Notes: a model not told the origin generated them from the letters alone. Counted from the first letter of the stretch, positions 47,509 through 62,730 are shown. The stretch is 64,000 nt of DNA from Chrysomallon squamiferum (GCA_012295275.1 CM022677.1:24614001-24678000), one strand, 5' to 3'. A program made the numbers and translations.

Positions 47509-48100
47509 CTCGAACTCGAAATTTAAAATCTCTGGTGACGCTGTTTCCAAACCGACATCTCATGCAGTTCTGTCTTTCTAATGCAGTCTGAAAAATTGTC
47601 ATTTTATAAACAGCATAGAAGATCTGAATTTGTGGCACCCACAGATGTAATTTTTTCATTCTCTTGTGTGCATTGACTTGTCAACCTGATAAACAGTCGT
47701 ATTCGTTTGCATATTTCCTTTGAAAATCATTGGAACTTGTTGCTCTCAGAAAATTGAGCTGAGCAAAAGTAAAGTGTACGGTCTTCCCATGACACCTACA
47801 ACTGACCTGTTGACCCGGACGTTTATTTTGAAAAATCCGAATTCGATTTCAATCAATATCATGACAATAAAATGATCCTGATTTTTATAAATAGCTGTTA
47901 AAAATAACGGATATGAGCCTGTATATATATATATATATAAATATGTGTATGCATAATGTTTTTGTGTGAGTATGTGTGTGTGTGTGTGTGTGTGTGTTTT
48001 TATATATCCTAATCGTAAATCATAAATCATATAAGCACAATTATAGTAATAATTAATATTTATAAATTTGTTTATTTGTTAATGTATCTGAAAAAAAAAG

Positions 48101-48131
<31 letters not shown>

Positions 48132-48749
48132 AAAACGTTACCAAAAACTAATCAAAAAATTATATATAATATACACCATGATACGATCTCCTTTTATGAG
48201 AATCACCAGTCTATATGTTGTGTAGTCTTCCATTGTGCACACATCCGCAGAAATAACCTTTTTGTATGAGATGTCTGTTTGTGTTTTACCTCAAATACGC
48301 AAACAGTTCTAAAAGAATTCCGTCTTTCTCTGAAACATGATTGGTGAGTTAACCGCGAATCCTGGATACACTTTACAAATTAAATTATAATTTCTCCCTA
48401 GAGAAGTAAATTTGGAACCCAGTATACTTATGTGGATCCCTGAAAAAAGAAACAAAAAAGAAACGATAAATTTCAAAAATATATATCTTAGATATTGTCT
48501 TTATATTTATTATTAGTATTAACTGTAATTGTGATACTAATACCAGCAGCAGCACCGTTTGCATTAGTAATAGTTGTTTTAGTAAAAATAACAGTTGAGC
48601 TTTATATTATTATCTGTATGTACAATAGTAGTTGACATAGTGATAGTAGTAGTGGTAATTTTAGCTTTGTAATAATGTTAGTCTTACATTGTTATCGTCT
48701 TGTTTGTTTTTAGGAGTAATGGTAGTCATATAAGTACTACTAGTACTAG

Positions 48750-48785
<36 letters not shown>

Positions 48786-48937
48786 CAATAGTTGTAGTAA
48801 TAGCAGTAGTACTAGTTGTAGTCTATTAATTATCTATATAGATTTACAGTATATTTAAACAACAATAATAATAATACCTGTAGAGATTGCTAAAAAATGA
48901 CAGTGTAGGTGATAAAACACCAGGGAATGATCCTCAT
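47509..48937 (-). pseudogene. Degenerate paralog of gene G: leader 48878-48937, domain-1 relic ~48170-48439, domain-2 relic 47509-~47830
   Basis: Leader MRIIPWCFITY is frameshifted. IHISILGSKFTSLGRNYNLICKVYPGFAVNS matches 53079-53408, then hits stops. The domain-2 acceptor reads AA instead of AG and the exon has indels. Introns also align to gene G. Confidence 0.85.
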
Positions 48938-49211
48938 TAAAATTGGTGAATGTTTCTGTTTTATTCTGTCTTCTCAGATGATGTTCTCTTATCCTTATCT
49001 CTGTACATCCGGTATGTATCGAGGAGAACAACAAAATAGATAATGTAGATAATTAAAAACATCTGAAGTAATTGACTTTTCTCATAATAAAAATTAGAGA
49101 ATATCATATAAATAATAATAATTAAAAAAAATAATAACTTTTACATAGGTTAGATGTAGAAAACATTTGAAAAGGAGCAGATTTCAAATGTCATCAATTC
49201 ATAGTATTACA

Positions 49212-49248
49212 CATGACCACGCGTCATCTGGTGTAAATGACGTCATAT
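49212..49248 (-). promoter_or_regulatory. Double CRE/ATF-like motif ~280 bp upstream of the leader ATG at 48937
   Basis: Reverse complement reads ATATGACGTCATTTACACCAGATGACGCGTGGTC, conserved with 10011-10046. Confidence 0.5.
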
Positions 49249-49767
49249 CTTGAGACAATCTTTAGCGTAGGTGAGTTTTAAATATTTTCACATATTTCTT
49301 TCCTAATACAAGTACCATGGACCAATTATTTTTTAAAAATAAAAATAGGAAGCTCATTGATTGCATACATAATAATTCATGTTTTAGAAGTTGAATGTTT
49401 CTTGTTTTAACGAAAACGAGTGAAAAATTCATTTTTAACTAGTTTCTCTAAACGGCAGTTGACTGACCTTCAAATACTGTTTTCCATTTTCTGTGCTAAA
49501 ACTGGTATCAAGTATTATAATGACTGCATCAATGCAATCATTTAAATAACATGTAATCAATTTGGGTTTCACATGTAAATACCACCTCTAATGCATTGAA
49601 AATGGGAATAAATATTATAAAAAAGAGAATTATAATGGTTTTAAGTATCGTTTTACAACTTCGTACTCAGAACTGTCTGCTATGCAGTTTTAGCGGAGTA
49701 ACGTGTCCACATTATGGTACCTAACGAGAATAGTCATCTTGATATTCACGAGGCAGAGTCTGTTAAA

Positions 49768-49812
<45 letters not shown>

Positions 49813-51175
49813 TGTTTAGATGGCGAAGTCGTAATAATATCTGAACAAATTAAAAATAAAAGTAGTACGAAATGGGTACGAGATGGTATGAGGTCAAAAT
49901 TAAAAAAAAAAAAGAAGAAGGTTTCGACCTTTGAGCAGTTTCTAATCAATAATACACATCTATATAAACGAAGCATTGATTTACTGTCATATTTCCCCAA
50001 ATTACTTTTAATAATACATGTAGAATTGGCTGCATTATGAAGGAATACACGTTTAAATGTTTGTAAAGACTGATCGGCGTTCGACGCCGCCATCTTGGAT
50101 TTCGATCGGAAGTTTCCGTGAGCTCAATTACTTTTTTGTATATTTTCTGACCTTTTTATGATTTACACTAATAAAGGTAAGGATGGTTGATCGTACTACC
50201 ATACCATGATACCCTGCGTCTTTCGTAACTAGCTTTTCAACTTAATCAAACTTATCAAACTGGATTATTTCGGTTCAAAGGCGTGCGTAATAAACTAAAA
50301 TTAGAATTCGGTATAAAATTAATGTATTAACTTTTCTACTTGGCAATGTTCCCCGTATCAGAAGCCAACAGAAAATAACATTCAGGTGCAGTTTGCACCC
50401 ATTAAATCGACGAAATTCTGGAGGCATTTTTACCGGTGACGCAATTTGCGTCGTTACGAGTTTCCGTTCCTGTTGATCCATGCTCACAAAAGAAGAAATT
50501 ACTCTCTTTCCAAGTTTCAGAAAGCTTTTATTTAATAGAAAAGAGAATTACAAACATATCTTAGATTTGTATACGAATAATTCCGTACTGTTTAGAAGAA
50601 ACACGTAAAGATATAGTTAAATTGAAAATAAAGTATGACCTATCTGTTTTCTTCCATGCCACTTTTTCTGTTCTTGTACTTAAATTTCTGAAAAGAATCG
50701 GAAATTATTAAAATTGTGCTTAATCTAATGTAGAGCCATTAAAACAAATGAGAAAATGCAAAATTAATGTGCAATGCAGGTAAAAGAGAAAAACATAGTA
50801 TGTATATAGTGAAATTACAACACCAATAACAACAGGAACAACAACAACAACAACAACAAAAAAATATATATATAAAATAAAAATAATAAAAAAAAAAAAT
50901 AAATAAAAAAAAAAAAAATAAAATGAAAATAAAAAATAAATAAATAAAAATAAATAAATAAAAATATATAATATAAATAAATAAATAAATATATAAATAA
51001 ATAAATAAATAAATAAATATATATATATATATGAGGAAAATAAATATTATTTCATTATTCTTTTTCTGATTATTTCTTTCTTGATTGTTTTTTCTCCGCT
51101 CTCTGATGTTTTACTCCAGATTAATTGTAACCACTCTTTTTATCCCTGATATCTGTACATTACTATTACTATTAC

Positions 51176-51225
<50 letters not shown>

Positions 51226-51613
51226 TTATTAGTGTTGTTGTTGTTATTGTTGTTATTATTATTATAATCATTATTATTTGAATATTATCATCATCATTAT
51301 TATAATTATTGTTATCATAATCATCATCGTTATTATTGCCATCATCTTGTTTCGATCATTGTCACTATTATTATTGTTGTTGTTGTTATTGTTGTTGTTA
51401 TTGCTGTTATTATTATTATTACTATTATTATTTAAATATTGTCATCACATCGTAATTATAATCATCATTGTGATCATTGTTGCTATCATGAACATCATCG
51501 TTATTATTGCCATCATGTTGCTGTTGTCATTGTCACTATTATTATTATTGTTTTTGTTGTTGCTGTTGTTTTTGTTATTATTATTGTTGTTGTTGTTAAT
51601 GTTATTGTGGTTA

Positions 51614-51660
<47 letters not shown>

Positions 51661-51661
51661 G

Positions 51662-51715
<54 letters not shown>

Positions 51716-51738
51716 GATGCTAAATACAACTACTTTAC

Positions 51739-52065
51739 CTTTCTTACTCAAGTCTATTTCATTGCTCCGATGTTGTCCAGTTTTACATCTCCATCGATTG
51801 AGATCTATTTCCTCAACGGGAACTATCTCTAATCTGTACATACGCGGCTCTGACTTCGGGGCGATACATCCACACGTATACCTGGGTATTGGTAATACCA
51901 TGACGCAGTCAGTGTCGACTATACAAACTGTCCAAAATCCATACCCAAAATTTTGTTGAAAAAACAGGGGTTGTTGAATGTTGCGAGTAGGAGAAACCTG
52001 GCAGTAAATCGTGTAGTTCTTTTTCACTTCAGCTATCTCCGTCCAGAATGTGTGCACGTTTAAAC
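51739..52065 (-). CDS. Gene G, domain exon 3 (NFGYGFW/LPIP subclass)
   Basis: 327 nt, TAG acceptor, G|GTAAAG donor (or read-through to a stop at 51710-51712). NYTIYCQV...VCIVDTDC...YTCGC...DLNRWRCKTG. Confidence 0.9.
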
Positions 52066-52291
52066 CTATAAATAAATATTTTAATTTCCTAACTGTTTTG
52101 AAGTAAATAGATATTTTCTTTTACTGTTTCGTTATTATTGTCCTACTTTATGTTGCTTTTGTTTTCCTTTCGTCTCATAATGATTAATACCGTCATCGCG
52201 ATTATCATTAGATTGTATTACTATTGTTATCAGTTTTATCACAATTATTATTGGTATTACTATTGCAATCATAATAATAATAATAATAATG

Positions 52292-52349
<58 letters not shown>

Positions 52350-52504
52350 TAACAATAATAATAATAATTACTATTAATTACTACTAATTACTATTACTAC
52401 TACTTTTCAAACACCGACCCCAAATATTGTTCAAGTAATAAACAGTATAGCTACAAATTATTTTCAATTATATTTACAAAATACATTTTCTGATTCTTCG
52501 TTAC

Positions 52505-52833
52505 CTTGAACTGCAAATATAAGATCATTGGTTAAGCTGTTTCCAAACTGACATCTCTCCATGCAGTTTTATCTTCTGTGCGCAATCTTAAAATTGTCAT
52601 TTTATAAACAGGTGAAAGCACGTCCGTCACCTGGCAACCACAGATGTAATTCATTCTATTCTCTCGCTGTGTGCACGACTTGTCAACTTGACAAGCAGTC
52701 GTGTATTCGTCTGCACATTTCCTTTGAAAAACCATCGAAAAATTATTACTCTCAGACAAATTAGCCGAGCAAAGTAAAGTGTATGGGCTTCCTAGGACAC
52801 CCATAACCGACCCTTTTATCCGTACGTCTATTT
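52505..52833 (-). CDS. Gene G, domain exon 2 with a 2-nt (GA) insertion frameshift
   Basis: 329 nt between the CAG acceptor and G|GTAAC donor. GSPYTLLC...ACQVDKSCTQRE...YICGC...DKTAWR[GA]CQFGNSLTNDLIFAVQ. Confidence 0.85.
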
Positions 52834-52874
52834 CTGAAAATCCCAATTCGATTTCAATTAATATCATGAGAATA

Positions 52875-52945
<71 letters not shown>

Positions 52946-53078
52946 CTAAGCATAATTGTAGTAATAATTATAATGAAATTTATTTATTTATTTATTTGAA
53001 AACGGAAAACGAAATGTCAGAAGAAAAAGAAATACAAAAAAAAAAAAAAAGGAAAAAAGAAAAGGAAAACATACTTAC

Positions 53079-53408
53079 CGTTAACATTAATCTTTAAATG
53101 ACTACTATAATCTTCCCCAATTTTACATCTCCACTCGAGACGATCTATGTCCCTTACCTCGAGAATCACCATTCTGTACGTTTTTGTGAGTTGTCTGCCA
53201 TTGTGCACACAGCTGCAGTAATAACCTCTCGAATTAAATATATGTTTGCACTCTTCAGTTAGTATACACAGAATTAGATACCTATCTCCATCTCTTCTCT
53301 CAAACAGTATTGCTGCGTTAACGGCAAAACCTGGATACGCTTTACAAAATATATTATACATGCTGCCTAGAGATGTAAAATTGGAACCCAGTATATTAAC
53401 GCGCAAAC
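53079..53408 (-). CDS. Gene G, domain exon 1 (CKIG subclass)
   Basis: 330 nt, CAG acceptor, G|GTAAG donor. LGSMYNIFC...LCILTEEC...YYCSC...DRLEWRCKIG. Confidence 0.9.
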
Positions 53409-53441
53409 CTGAAAAAAGAAATAAAAAAGAAAACATAAATG

Positions 53442-53504
<63 letters not shown>

Positions 53505-53802
53505 TGATTATCTTAGATATTGTCTTTATATTTATTATTAGTAGTATTATTACTATTAACTGTATTTGGAATACTAATAGCAGCAGCAGCAGCAGCAGCA
53601 GCAGCACCATTTGCACTATTAATAGTAGCTTTAGTAGTAATAACAGTTGGAGCTTTATAGTATTAACGGTGCGTATAGTAGTGGTTGACATAGTGAAAGT
53701 TGTAGTGGTAGTTGTTGCTTTGTAATAATGTTAGTTTTACGTTATTGTCGTCTTGTCTGAGTTTATGAGTAATGGTAGTGATATAAGTACTATTATTATT
53801 AC

Positions 53803-53851
<49 letters not shown>

Positions 53852-53957
53852 TGTAGTAGTAGTAATGGCATTAGTGCTTGTTATAGTCTATTATCATTAC
53901 ATTAAAGTATATTTAAACAATATAATAATAATAACAGGAACAACAACAACCACAATC

Positions 53958-54017
<60 letters not shown>

Positions 54018-54039
54018 TTAATAATAACAATAATAATAC

Positions 54040-54100
54040 CTGCTGAGATTGTTGTAAAAACGACACAGTAGAGAACAAATGACGAAGGACTGATCATCAT
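54040..54100 (-). CDS. Gene G leader exon (MMISPSSFVLYCVVFTTISA-G)
   Basis: 20 codons + 1 nt, CAG|GTATT phase-1 donor. The 5' flank GAGAACATC...GAGAAA(C/G)TTTCACA is shared with the gene D leader. Confidence 0.85.
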
Positions 54101-54184
54101 TGAAATTGTGAAAGTTTCTCTTTTATCCTGTTTTCTCAAGTGATGTTCTCGTATGTCCGTTGTATTCTGTATGTATATAGAGAA

Positions 54185-54230
<46 letters not shown>

Positions 54231-54247
54231 TTCATATATATATAGAT

Positions 54248-54297
<50 letters not shown>

Positions 54298-55563
54298 TCA
54301 CACTCGCGCACACACCTATCTATCTATTCAACAATCTAGATAAAATATCATTCAATGAAATCATTTAAAATGTCAGATGTATTTGGCATTTTGTTGTGTA
54401 TTTATTTCTGTTGTTCACTGGAAAACTTGATGCCATTGAAAATGGCGATCATTGAGGTCAAAGCAACTATCTCTCAGTTTTATTCGTTTCAGTAAATGAT
54501 TATATTTTAACACTACAGAAACGCACTAAGAGCATTGCTCTTATTGTTTATGCGTCGTTATCTTGTGTAAACTTATTTACAGATCACAAAACTGACTGTA
54601 GTGTCTTGATTTAACCCACATTAAAATAAATTATTTAATAATGTTGCCATGCTTTTACATTATTTGTCTTGAAATCACAAACGTTTTGGTTGAGTTACTT
54701 GATGACAGTGAACTGTTAAAATAATAATGTTAATGTTAGTTGAATGGTTGATCCTTACATCAGGTTCACTCTCAGCTAGCCTAAAACTTTAAAACATTAA
54801 AATGCCAAAATGATGTTGGGATACCTGGGTCAAATGTTTTGATAGTAAATTGGTATTAAGGGCTATGGTCCGTTTTTTTATATTAAGTGAATATACTCAG
54901 TAGATAGCAGTAATCTAGTAGTGATGTTGATGAGTGTGTACATTTGAGTGAATAGAATAACGCAAAATAACCAGATGGCACTGAGTGAACTCATAGTCAT
55001 GTACAGTTTAAAAGCCAACGAAGGCAAATCAAATCATTTGTGTTGGTGTTCGAAATGAAGGTGTTTCCAGGTGTGTGTTTTTTTTTTCATTACACCCAGT
55101 GTATCATCCAATACTCACGAGAATCATGCAAACTAGCCATCCATTTTAGGGACAACGCTGATGTACAGATGTACTGATACAGATTATAACACGAATGCAA
55201 TAGACTGACCAATTTTAAACCCATACCACCCAATGTCGTTGTAATAGATTGATGTGGTTAGGTTTTTGACCAGGTGGGAGGACACCTTACAGCAATGAAA
55301 ATAATTACTGGGAAACAGTCAGAACAGGCAGTTATATTAGAAATTCTCTTTATCTTCATTATTATTATTATTTTTCGTAGTAGTAGCAGCAGTAGTAGTA
55401 GTAGTAGCAGTAGTACAGCAGCAGTACTGGTAAAAAAGTAGTGGTAGTAATAGTACCAGATGCAGCAGAAGTACTAAAAGTAGTAGTTCTAGTAATAGTA
55501 ACAGCAGCAGTAATACTAGTAATGTTATAACTATCATTATTATTACTACAATTATTATTTTTA

Positions 55564-55627
<64 letters not shown>

Positions 55628-55859
55628 GCTGTTGTTGTTGTTATCTCATTCGTACAGTATATTTAATGTAAAAATAATAATTATAATAAAGGCAACCTAT
55701 GTATGTGTGTATGTATGTATGTATTCTGATATTAAAAATAGATTTTTAATTATTTTAGTTGAAATATAAAAACAGTGGACTAATATTAAATGTCATATTT
55801 GTTTCTCATTATTATTATTTTTTTGTTCTTTTGATTAAAACATAATCACAAATTTTGTG

Positions 55860-56110
55860 CTTGTAATGCTCCCAATTTCAATTTTTTTGCTCACTTGCGA
55901 TATATTATTCAAGCCATCTCTAATTATGGTCTACACATCCACACCATTATTGGCCTGTTGGAAATATCATGTGTCAACTATACAGACTCCAAAATAAACA
56001 CACCAACATTTTGCTGCACGTCAAGGAATATTTAATGTTTGCTAGCTGCAGAAACCTCGCAATAAATTGTGTAGTTTTTTTTTTTAACTACAGATCTCTT
56101 CGTCGTATAT
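55860..56110 (-). pseudogene. Heavily decayed terminal-type domain exon
   Basis: Relics NYTIYCEVS..., QQN, VCIVD, IFP and CGCVD in shifting frames; closest to 57246-57572. Ends approximate. Confidence 0.65.
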
Positions 56111-56500
56111 ATTTCCAAGTCATCATCAAGTCATAATCGTAATCTTCATCACCCTCATGGTAAATTATTCGAAAACAATATTATTTCAAGTGTAATTAAA
56201 ATGAGAACGATTTCACATTGTTTTTCTTTTATATAACTTGAAATAATAAAAGAAGAAATAACGCTCTTTCCAGGTTTTAGAATGCTTTTCTTTAATAGAA
56301 AACAAAATTACAATGTTACAGAAACGAAGGAAGATATTCGCATTACTTAGATGTACCACGTAAAGCCACATGTTCTACTAGTGTGGTCTGCCATAAAATG
56401 TTTCTTTCTCAGGCAGTTCGCTAACTGAAATATATAATGTTTTAATAAACTGAATACAATACATTCCAATTATTTCAGGTAGATATACGGATATAGATAT

Positions 56501-56534
<34 letters not shown>

Positions 56535-57007
56535 GGATATACAGACATACAGTTAGATAGATAGGTAGATAGATAGAGTGACATATGTATATATATTAAA
56601 ATTTGAAGGAAAAGATAAGATTACGAAAATTATTCAACTTTTCAAATAAAACTGTAACCATAAAAATTGTCTATTATGTACTATAGGTCAAAAAAATAAA
56701 TAATAATAATAACATTTTAAGCATTTAAAATAATCAAACACATTTAAGACAAGCAGACAAACAAATCAAATAATAAGTGAAATGAATAAAAGACAAAAAA
56801 AAAAAAACCCAACAACAATAGATATACTTAACATAACATAATACATTAAAACATTAATGCACATGCCACTGTTTAAATTCTGACAAAGTATTTTAAAATA
56901 ATGTTAATACATGACGTCATAAACGTGGGAGCACTCCGACTTATCAAGCAAAACAAAACAGAGGGAGAGAAAAGAGGGAGAAACGAAAAAAGATATATAT
57001 GTTGTTT

Positions 57008-57069
<62 letters not shown>

Positions 57070-57151
57070 TCTATTATTATTATTATTATTATTATGATTA
57101 TTATTATTTATTATTGATTATTATTATGATTATTATTATTATTATTATTAT

Positions 57152-57211
<60 letters not shown>

Positions 57212-57245
57212 TTGTAGTAACTCTCGATATTTACAACTGCTTTAC

Positions 57246-57572
57246 CTGACACATTTAAGTCAATTTCAGTGCTCCAATTCAGTCCACTCCGACATCTCCA
57301 ACGACTGAGGTCTATTTTGTCCATATGGTCTATTTGTAATTTGTACACACGTGGATCGGAATTCGGGTCTACACATCCACAGCTGTAGGTGTAGATTGGA
57401 AATATCAGTTTGCAGTCTGCGTCGACTATGCAAACCGTCCAATATCCGTAGCCAAAATTTTGTTGAAAAGACGAATCATGTTTAATGTTGCTTGTAGGAG
57501 ATACCTCGCAGTAAATCGTGTAGTTCCTCCCATTAGCAGGCCATGCAGTTGTATAGATATCCAGATTTAAAT
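57246..57572 (-). CDS. Intact NFGYGYW-subclass domain exon, only partly shown in the ORF track
   Basis: 327 nt, TAG acceptor, G|GTAAAG donor. LNLDIYTTAWPANGRNYTIYCEVSP...FQQNFGYGYWTVCIVDADCKLIFPIYTYSCGC...DLSRWRCRSG. Confidence 0.88.
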
Positions 57573-57594
57573 CTAGAATTGAATATTTAATTTG

Positions 57595-57625
<31 letters not shown>

Positions 57626-58055
57626 AGAAGTTTTATTTTTATGATTACTTTACTTACTTATGTTTCTTTCTTCTTTATTCTTATGGTGATTAACGTGATA
57701 ATCATCATGATCATAATCATCAACATCAGCAGCATGATCAGTATTTTATCGTCGTCACCTTCAACACAATTCTTCTTCTTCTTCTTCTTCTTTTCATTAT
57801 TATTACAGCTATATTACCATAACATTTACAGTGTATTTAATGTTGGAAAACAAACAAACGAATAAACAAACAAACCTGGAGTGACTGAAGAGACTGATAA
57901 GAAAAGGACGTGAAAAATAATAAAACTCCAAGAAATGATCATGATTGGAAGTGTAAAACTTTCTCTTCTGTCCAGTCTCCTCAAGTAATAATGTCTGTGT
58001 GAAATATATATATATATATATATATATATTATGCAACTTCGTTCTGTGCTATACA

Positions 58056-58459
58056 TATACTGAACAAAATAAGAAACGTTCGCTAACTTTGCTTGAACAT
58101 AACTCGATGAAAACAAACCGGTGGGAAATAATTGTTATATATGCGTTTAAAAGAATGTTGCATTATGCATGCATTGCTTGGTGCAAAAAATCATGGTTAT
58201 AGGCAAACTGGGAGAAATTTTGACCAAGTGTGATAAGGGATAAATAAAATAAATATATATATATATATATATATAAAACAACAACAAACAAAAACAACTT
58301 AATAACGGTGTGACAACCTCTTGAATTGGCCACTGGTGTTCTTCTCTGTGCTTTAGAATTGTCTAAAGTGTTGATTTTTGCCTGTGCAATATTGTTCCAT
58401 TCCTGAATGATCGCTTGACGAAGTTCGTTGACGTTAGGTGGTGGGTTGGGACGACCCCT
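58056..58459 (-). mobile_element. Tc1-like transposon 3' remnant
   Basis: Minus-strand 58457 to ~58300 translates RGRPNPPPNVNELRQAIIQEWNNIAQAKINTL..S...NSRGCHT(R)Y*, resembling the Tc1 transposase C-terminus. TATACTGAACAAAATAAGAAAC at 58056 is a TIR-like end. Confidence 0.75.
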
Positions 58460-59315
58460 CAGTTAAACATCAGTTAAACATCAGTTAAACATCAGTTAAA
58501 CATCAGTTAAACATCAGTTAAACACCAGTTAAACATCAGTTAAACATCAGTTAAACATCAGTTAAACATTAAACATCAGTTAAACATCAGTTAAACATCA
58601 GTTAAACATCAGTTAAACATCAGTTAAACATCAGTTAAACATCAGTTAAACATCAGTTAAACATCAGTTAAACATCAGTTAAAAACATCAGTTAAACATC
58701 AGTTAAACATCAGTTAAACATCAGTTAAACATCAGTTAAACATCAGTTAAACATCAGTTAAACATCAGTTAAACATCAGTTAAACATCAGTTAAACATCA
58801 GTTAAACATCAGTTAAACATCAGTTAAACATCAGTTAAACATCAGTTAAACATCAGTTAAACATCAGTTAAACATCAGTTAAACATCAGTTAAACATCAG
58901 TTAAACATCAGTTAAACATCAGTTAAACATCAGTTAAACATCAGTTAAACATCAGCTAAACATCAGTTAAACATCAGTTAAACATCAGCTAAACATCAGT
59001 TAAACATCAGCTAAACATCAGTTAAACATCAGTTAAACATCAGTTAAACATCAGTTAAACATCAATTAAACATCAGTTAAACATCAGTTGAACATCAGCT
59101 AAAAACATCAGTTAAACATCAAGTTAAAATCTGAACGAATCGCTAAAATCAATGAAAAGGTTAAACATCAGCTAAAATCAGTTAAACATCAGAAAAGTCT
59201 CTCAAAAATGAAAACATCAGCTAAACATCAGCTAAACAAGATCTGACAAAATCAATGAATTGGTTAAACATCAGTTTTAAAAATCAGTTAAACATCAGTT
59301 AAACATCAGCAAAAC
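58459..59315. repeat. Second (CATCAGTTAAA)n satellite array
   Basis: Nearly perfect 11-mer tandem units that become garbled after ~59100. Confidence 0.97.
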
Positions 59316-59415
59316 AGTCGAGAAAAAAAAGAAATAGAAAACAGACTAAGAGTAAGAAGACACGACAACGAACTCTCCTCCGCTCGTGAATTTCCAAACC
59401 TGTCTCAAGAACTGC

Positions 59416-59494
<79 letters not shown>

Positions 59495-59499
59495 CTCTC

Positions 59500-59703
59500 T
59501 CCTGTAAAAACTCCCTCAGTTCGCCAGTTTTGAACTGCAGAGGTTGCGTGGTTTGTTGGTCGGCACGTATGTATGTATATTTGGACATGTGTATGTGGAC
59601 GGCGGCTGTGAACTGCATGTATGGTGTATGTTTCGTGTGTGTGGGGACACGGTATGAAGGGCGGCCCGATGAGTTGAACTGAGTAACCAGAAACTGAAGT
59701 CCT
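59500..59703 (-). pseudogene. Garbled copy of gene B domain exon 1
   Basis: Starts RTSVSGYSVQLIGPPF and retains QFTAA, then disintegrates. May be a poor consensus rather than true decay. Confidence 0.6.
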
Positions 59704-59891
59704 CTGTAAAACATTTCACAGGTATGTATATATGTATGTGTGAACTGTATTTGTCTGTTTGTTAAATACATACACAACAAATAACAAACACACACACAGA
59801 TACAGCTGTTGTAATAGTTGTTGTAGTTGTAGTAGTAACTGCTGCTGTAGTAATAGTGGTATAGTAATTATAATACAATAATTATAATAAC

Positions 59892-59925
<34 letters not shown>

Positions 59926-59951
59926 TATAATAATAATAATAATAATAATAA

Positions 59952-60086
<135 letters not shown>

Positions 60087-60100
60087 TAAAAATAATAATA

Positions 60101-60240
<140 letters not shown>

Positions 60241-60247
60241 GACGTAC

Positions 60248-60298
60248 CCAGATGAAACAGATGGTAAAGATACAAACAATTTTAGAACCAAAAAACAT
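60248..60298 (-). CDS. Duplicate gene B leader exon (MFFGSKIVCIFTICFIW)
   Basis: One substitution relative to 15671-15721, same GTACGT donor. Confidence 0.6.
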
Positions 60299-60795
60299 TA
60301 TTATAGCATTTCAAAGATATCCGAATGATTCATTTAAAACAATCTGATTTCAGTATTACTCTTTTTTATTTTTATATACATCATACATACAAAAATCCAT
60401 GCAAACACACACAGACACACGCAAACACACACACACACACATGTTATTTCTTTACTGTTTTTTGTTTTCACTGGAAAATTAATTCAGTGTTTATTCAGTG
60501 AGGTAGTATTATAACCCAGTTTAAAACAGGTGGTATGACTATAAATTTATTTTTGTCCTTCATTGGTTTTATATATTTATTTATATTTATATTTATATTT
60601 ATTTTTTTTTTTTTTTTTTATTTTTTTTTATTTGTATTTGTATTTGTATTTTATTTTATTTTACTTATTTTATTTTATTTCATATATTTATTTTCTGTTT
60701 ATATTCGTTTACTTTAAGATGGCATGAGTATGTAGTTTTGTAATCTGTTATTATACACCTTTATCAGTTATTTAACAACAGGAAGACAGCAACAA

Positions 60796-60854
<59 letters not shown>

Positions 60855-60921
60855 ATAATATCTATAATAATAGTGGTAGACATATAATTACAAAAAAATA
60901 ATAATGGCAACAACAACAACA

Positions 60922-61007
<86 letters not shown>

Positions 61008-62561
61008 TAATAATAATAATAATCCTTTTACTAACTAGTAATCTGTGCCTAACTTAAGTTTGACTGCAGGTACTTGCAAACTAATCATCAGTCAGGGTTA
61101 TTTCCCTATGACCATTTCCTCACTGTGAACCAATATAAACCTTTCTTTTTTGATTACCAGGAAGACATTTTTTTTTTCCTTTTAATATGAGATGTGATTC
61201 TTGTATACATCTCGAAAATAATCCTTTTTTATTTTATTTATTTATTTATTTATTTTTTTTTTTTTTGTTACTAATTATTAATTTTTATTTTTACTTTGCT
61301 TAAGAATTTTTTTTAAAAGTAGTACTATTACTGCTGCTGCTGCTACTACTATTACTACTACTACAACTACTGCACCCATTGCTACTACTATTGCTACTAC
61401 TATTACGACTACTACTATTATTATTTTTGTTGTTGTCGTCGTTGTTGTTGTTGAAAGTGGCGGTGATGGTGACCAATGCTTTTTGTACATTTCAGAATCT
61501 GATAAAACATGAATGCCACGTGATATTTTTATTTTTATTTTTAAAAATGTGTTCGCTATTGTTTGTTGTTTCTGCAGTGAACGTTTGTTTACTTTGATTC
61601 TGTCATGTTCGTGTGTACATCAGATTAAACTGTCAACTCATGATTTTTTTTTTTGTATTTCAAGTACGATAATATATTTGATTGTGTATGTATACAAATA
61701 CAGCTATATGCAGACACAAAAACACACACACACACACACACAGACACACACAGACACACATATATATATATATATATATATATGTTACTGGTATTACAGT
61801 TAATCATATTGTTACTGGTCCTATTATTACTATAATTAGTAGTAGCTGTTGCAGCTTTGGTAGTAATACTAGTAGTAACAATATTAGTAACTTTAGTAGC
61901 AGTACAGTCTAGGAGTAGTAATAGTAAAAGTATTAGTAACGTTAGTAGTAGTACTCAGTAGTAGCAGTAATATTAACAGTGGATGTAAATTTAGTAGAAA
62001 TACAGCAGGTGTAAATAATATACTAGTAGAAATATAATAGTAGCAACTTTAGTAGCTGTACAACAGTTTTAATAGTAGTAGTAATAGTAATACTAAATAG
62101 TAATAACAGCAGTAATAGCATAAATACGAACACCAGTAGTGTAAGTACTGCAGAAGATGCTAGTAGTGATAGTAGTATAGTCAATACTATTATAAATATA
62201 TCTCTGTTATGTTTTCTCTGTTATATTGTTGTGTTATAATTATTTTTTTTAAAAGCAATATTTCAACATCAAAAGAACAAAAAAACACCCCAAAAACCCC
62301 AACAACAATAACAACATAAAATATGAAAATAAAAACATAAAAAATAAAAAATAAAAAAAAGTTAAAAAAAATTATAAATAAAAATAAAAACGAAAAAAAC
62401 TTAAATTAAGTAAATATAATTCAGCGGATTTGTGTATATGTAAATAAATGGATATTTGGATTGATAGCTAGGTAGGGAGATAGATATATAATTAGATAAA
62501 GAGATAGAAAAATAGATTAAATAAATAGATAGATACACAGATTAGATAGACCCATAAACAG

Positions 62562-62730
<169 letters not shown>

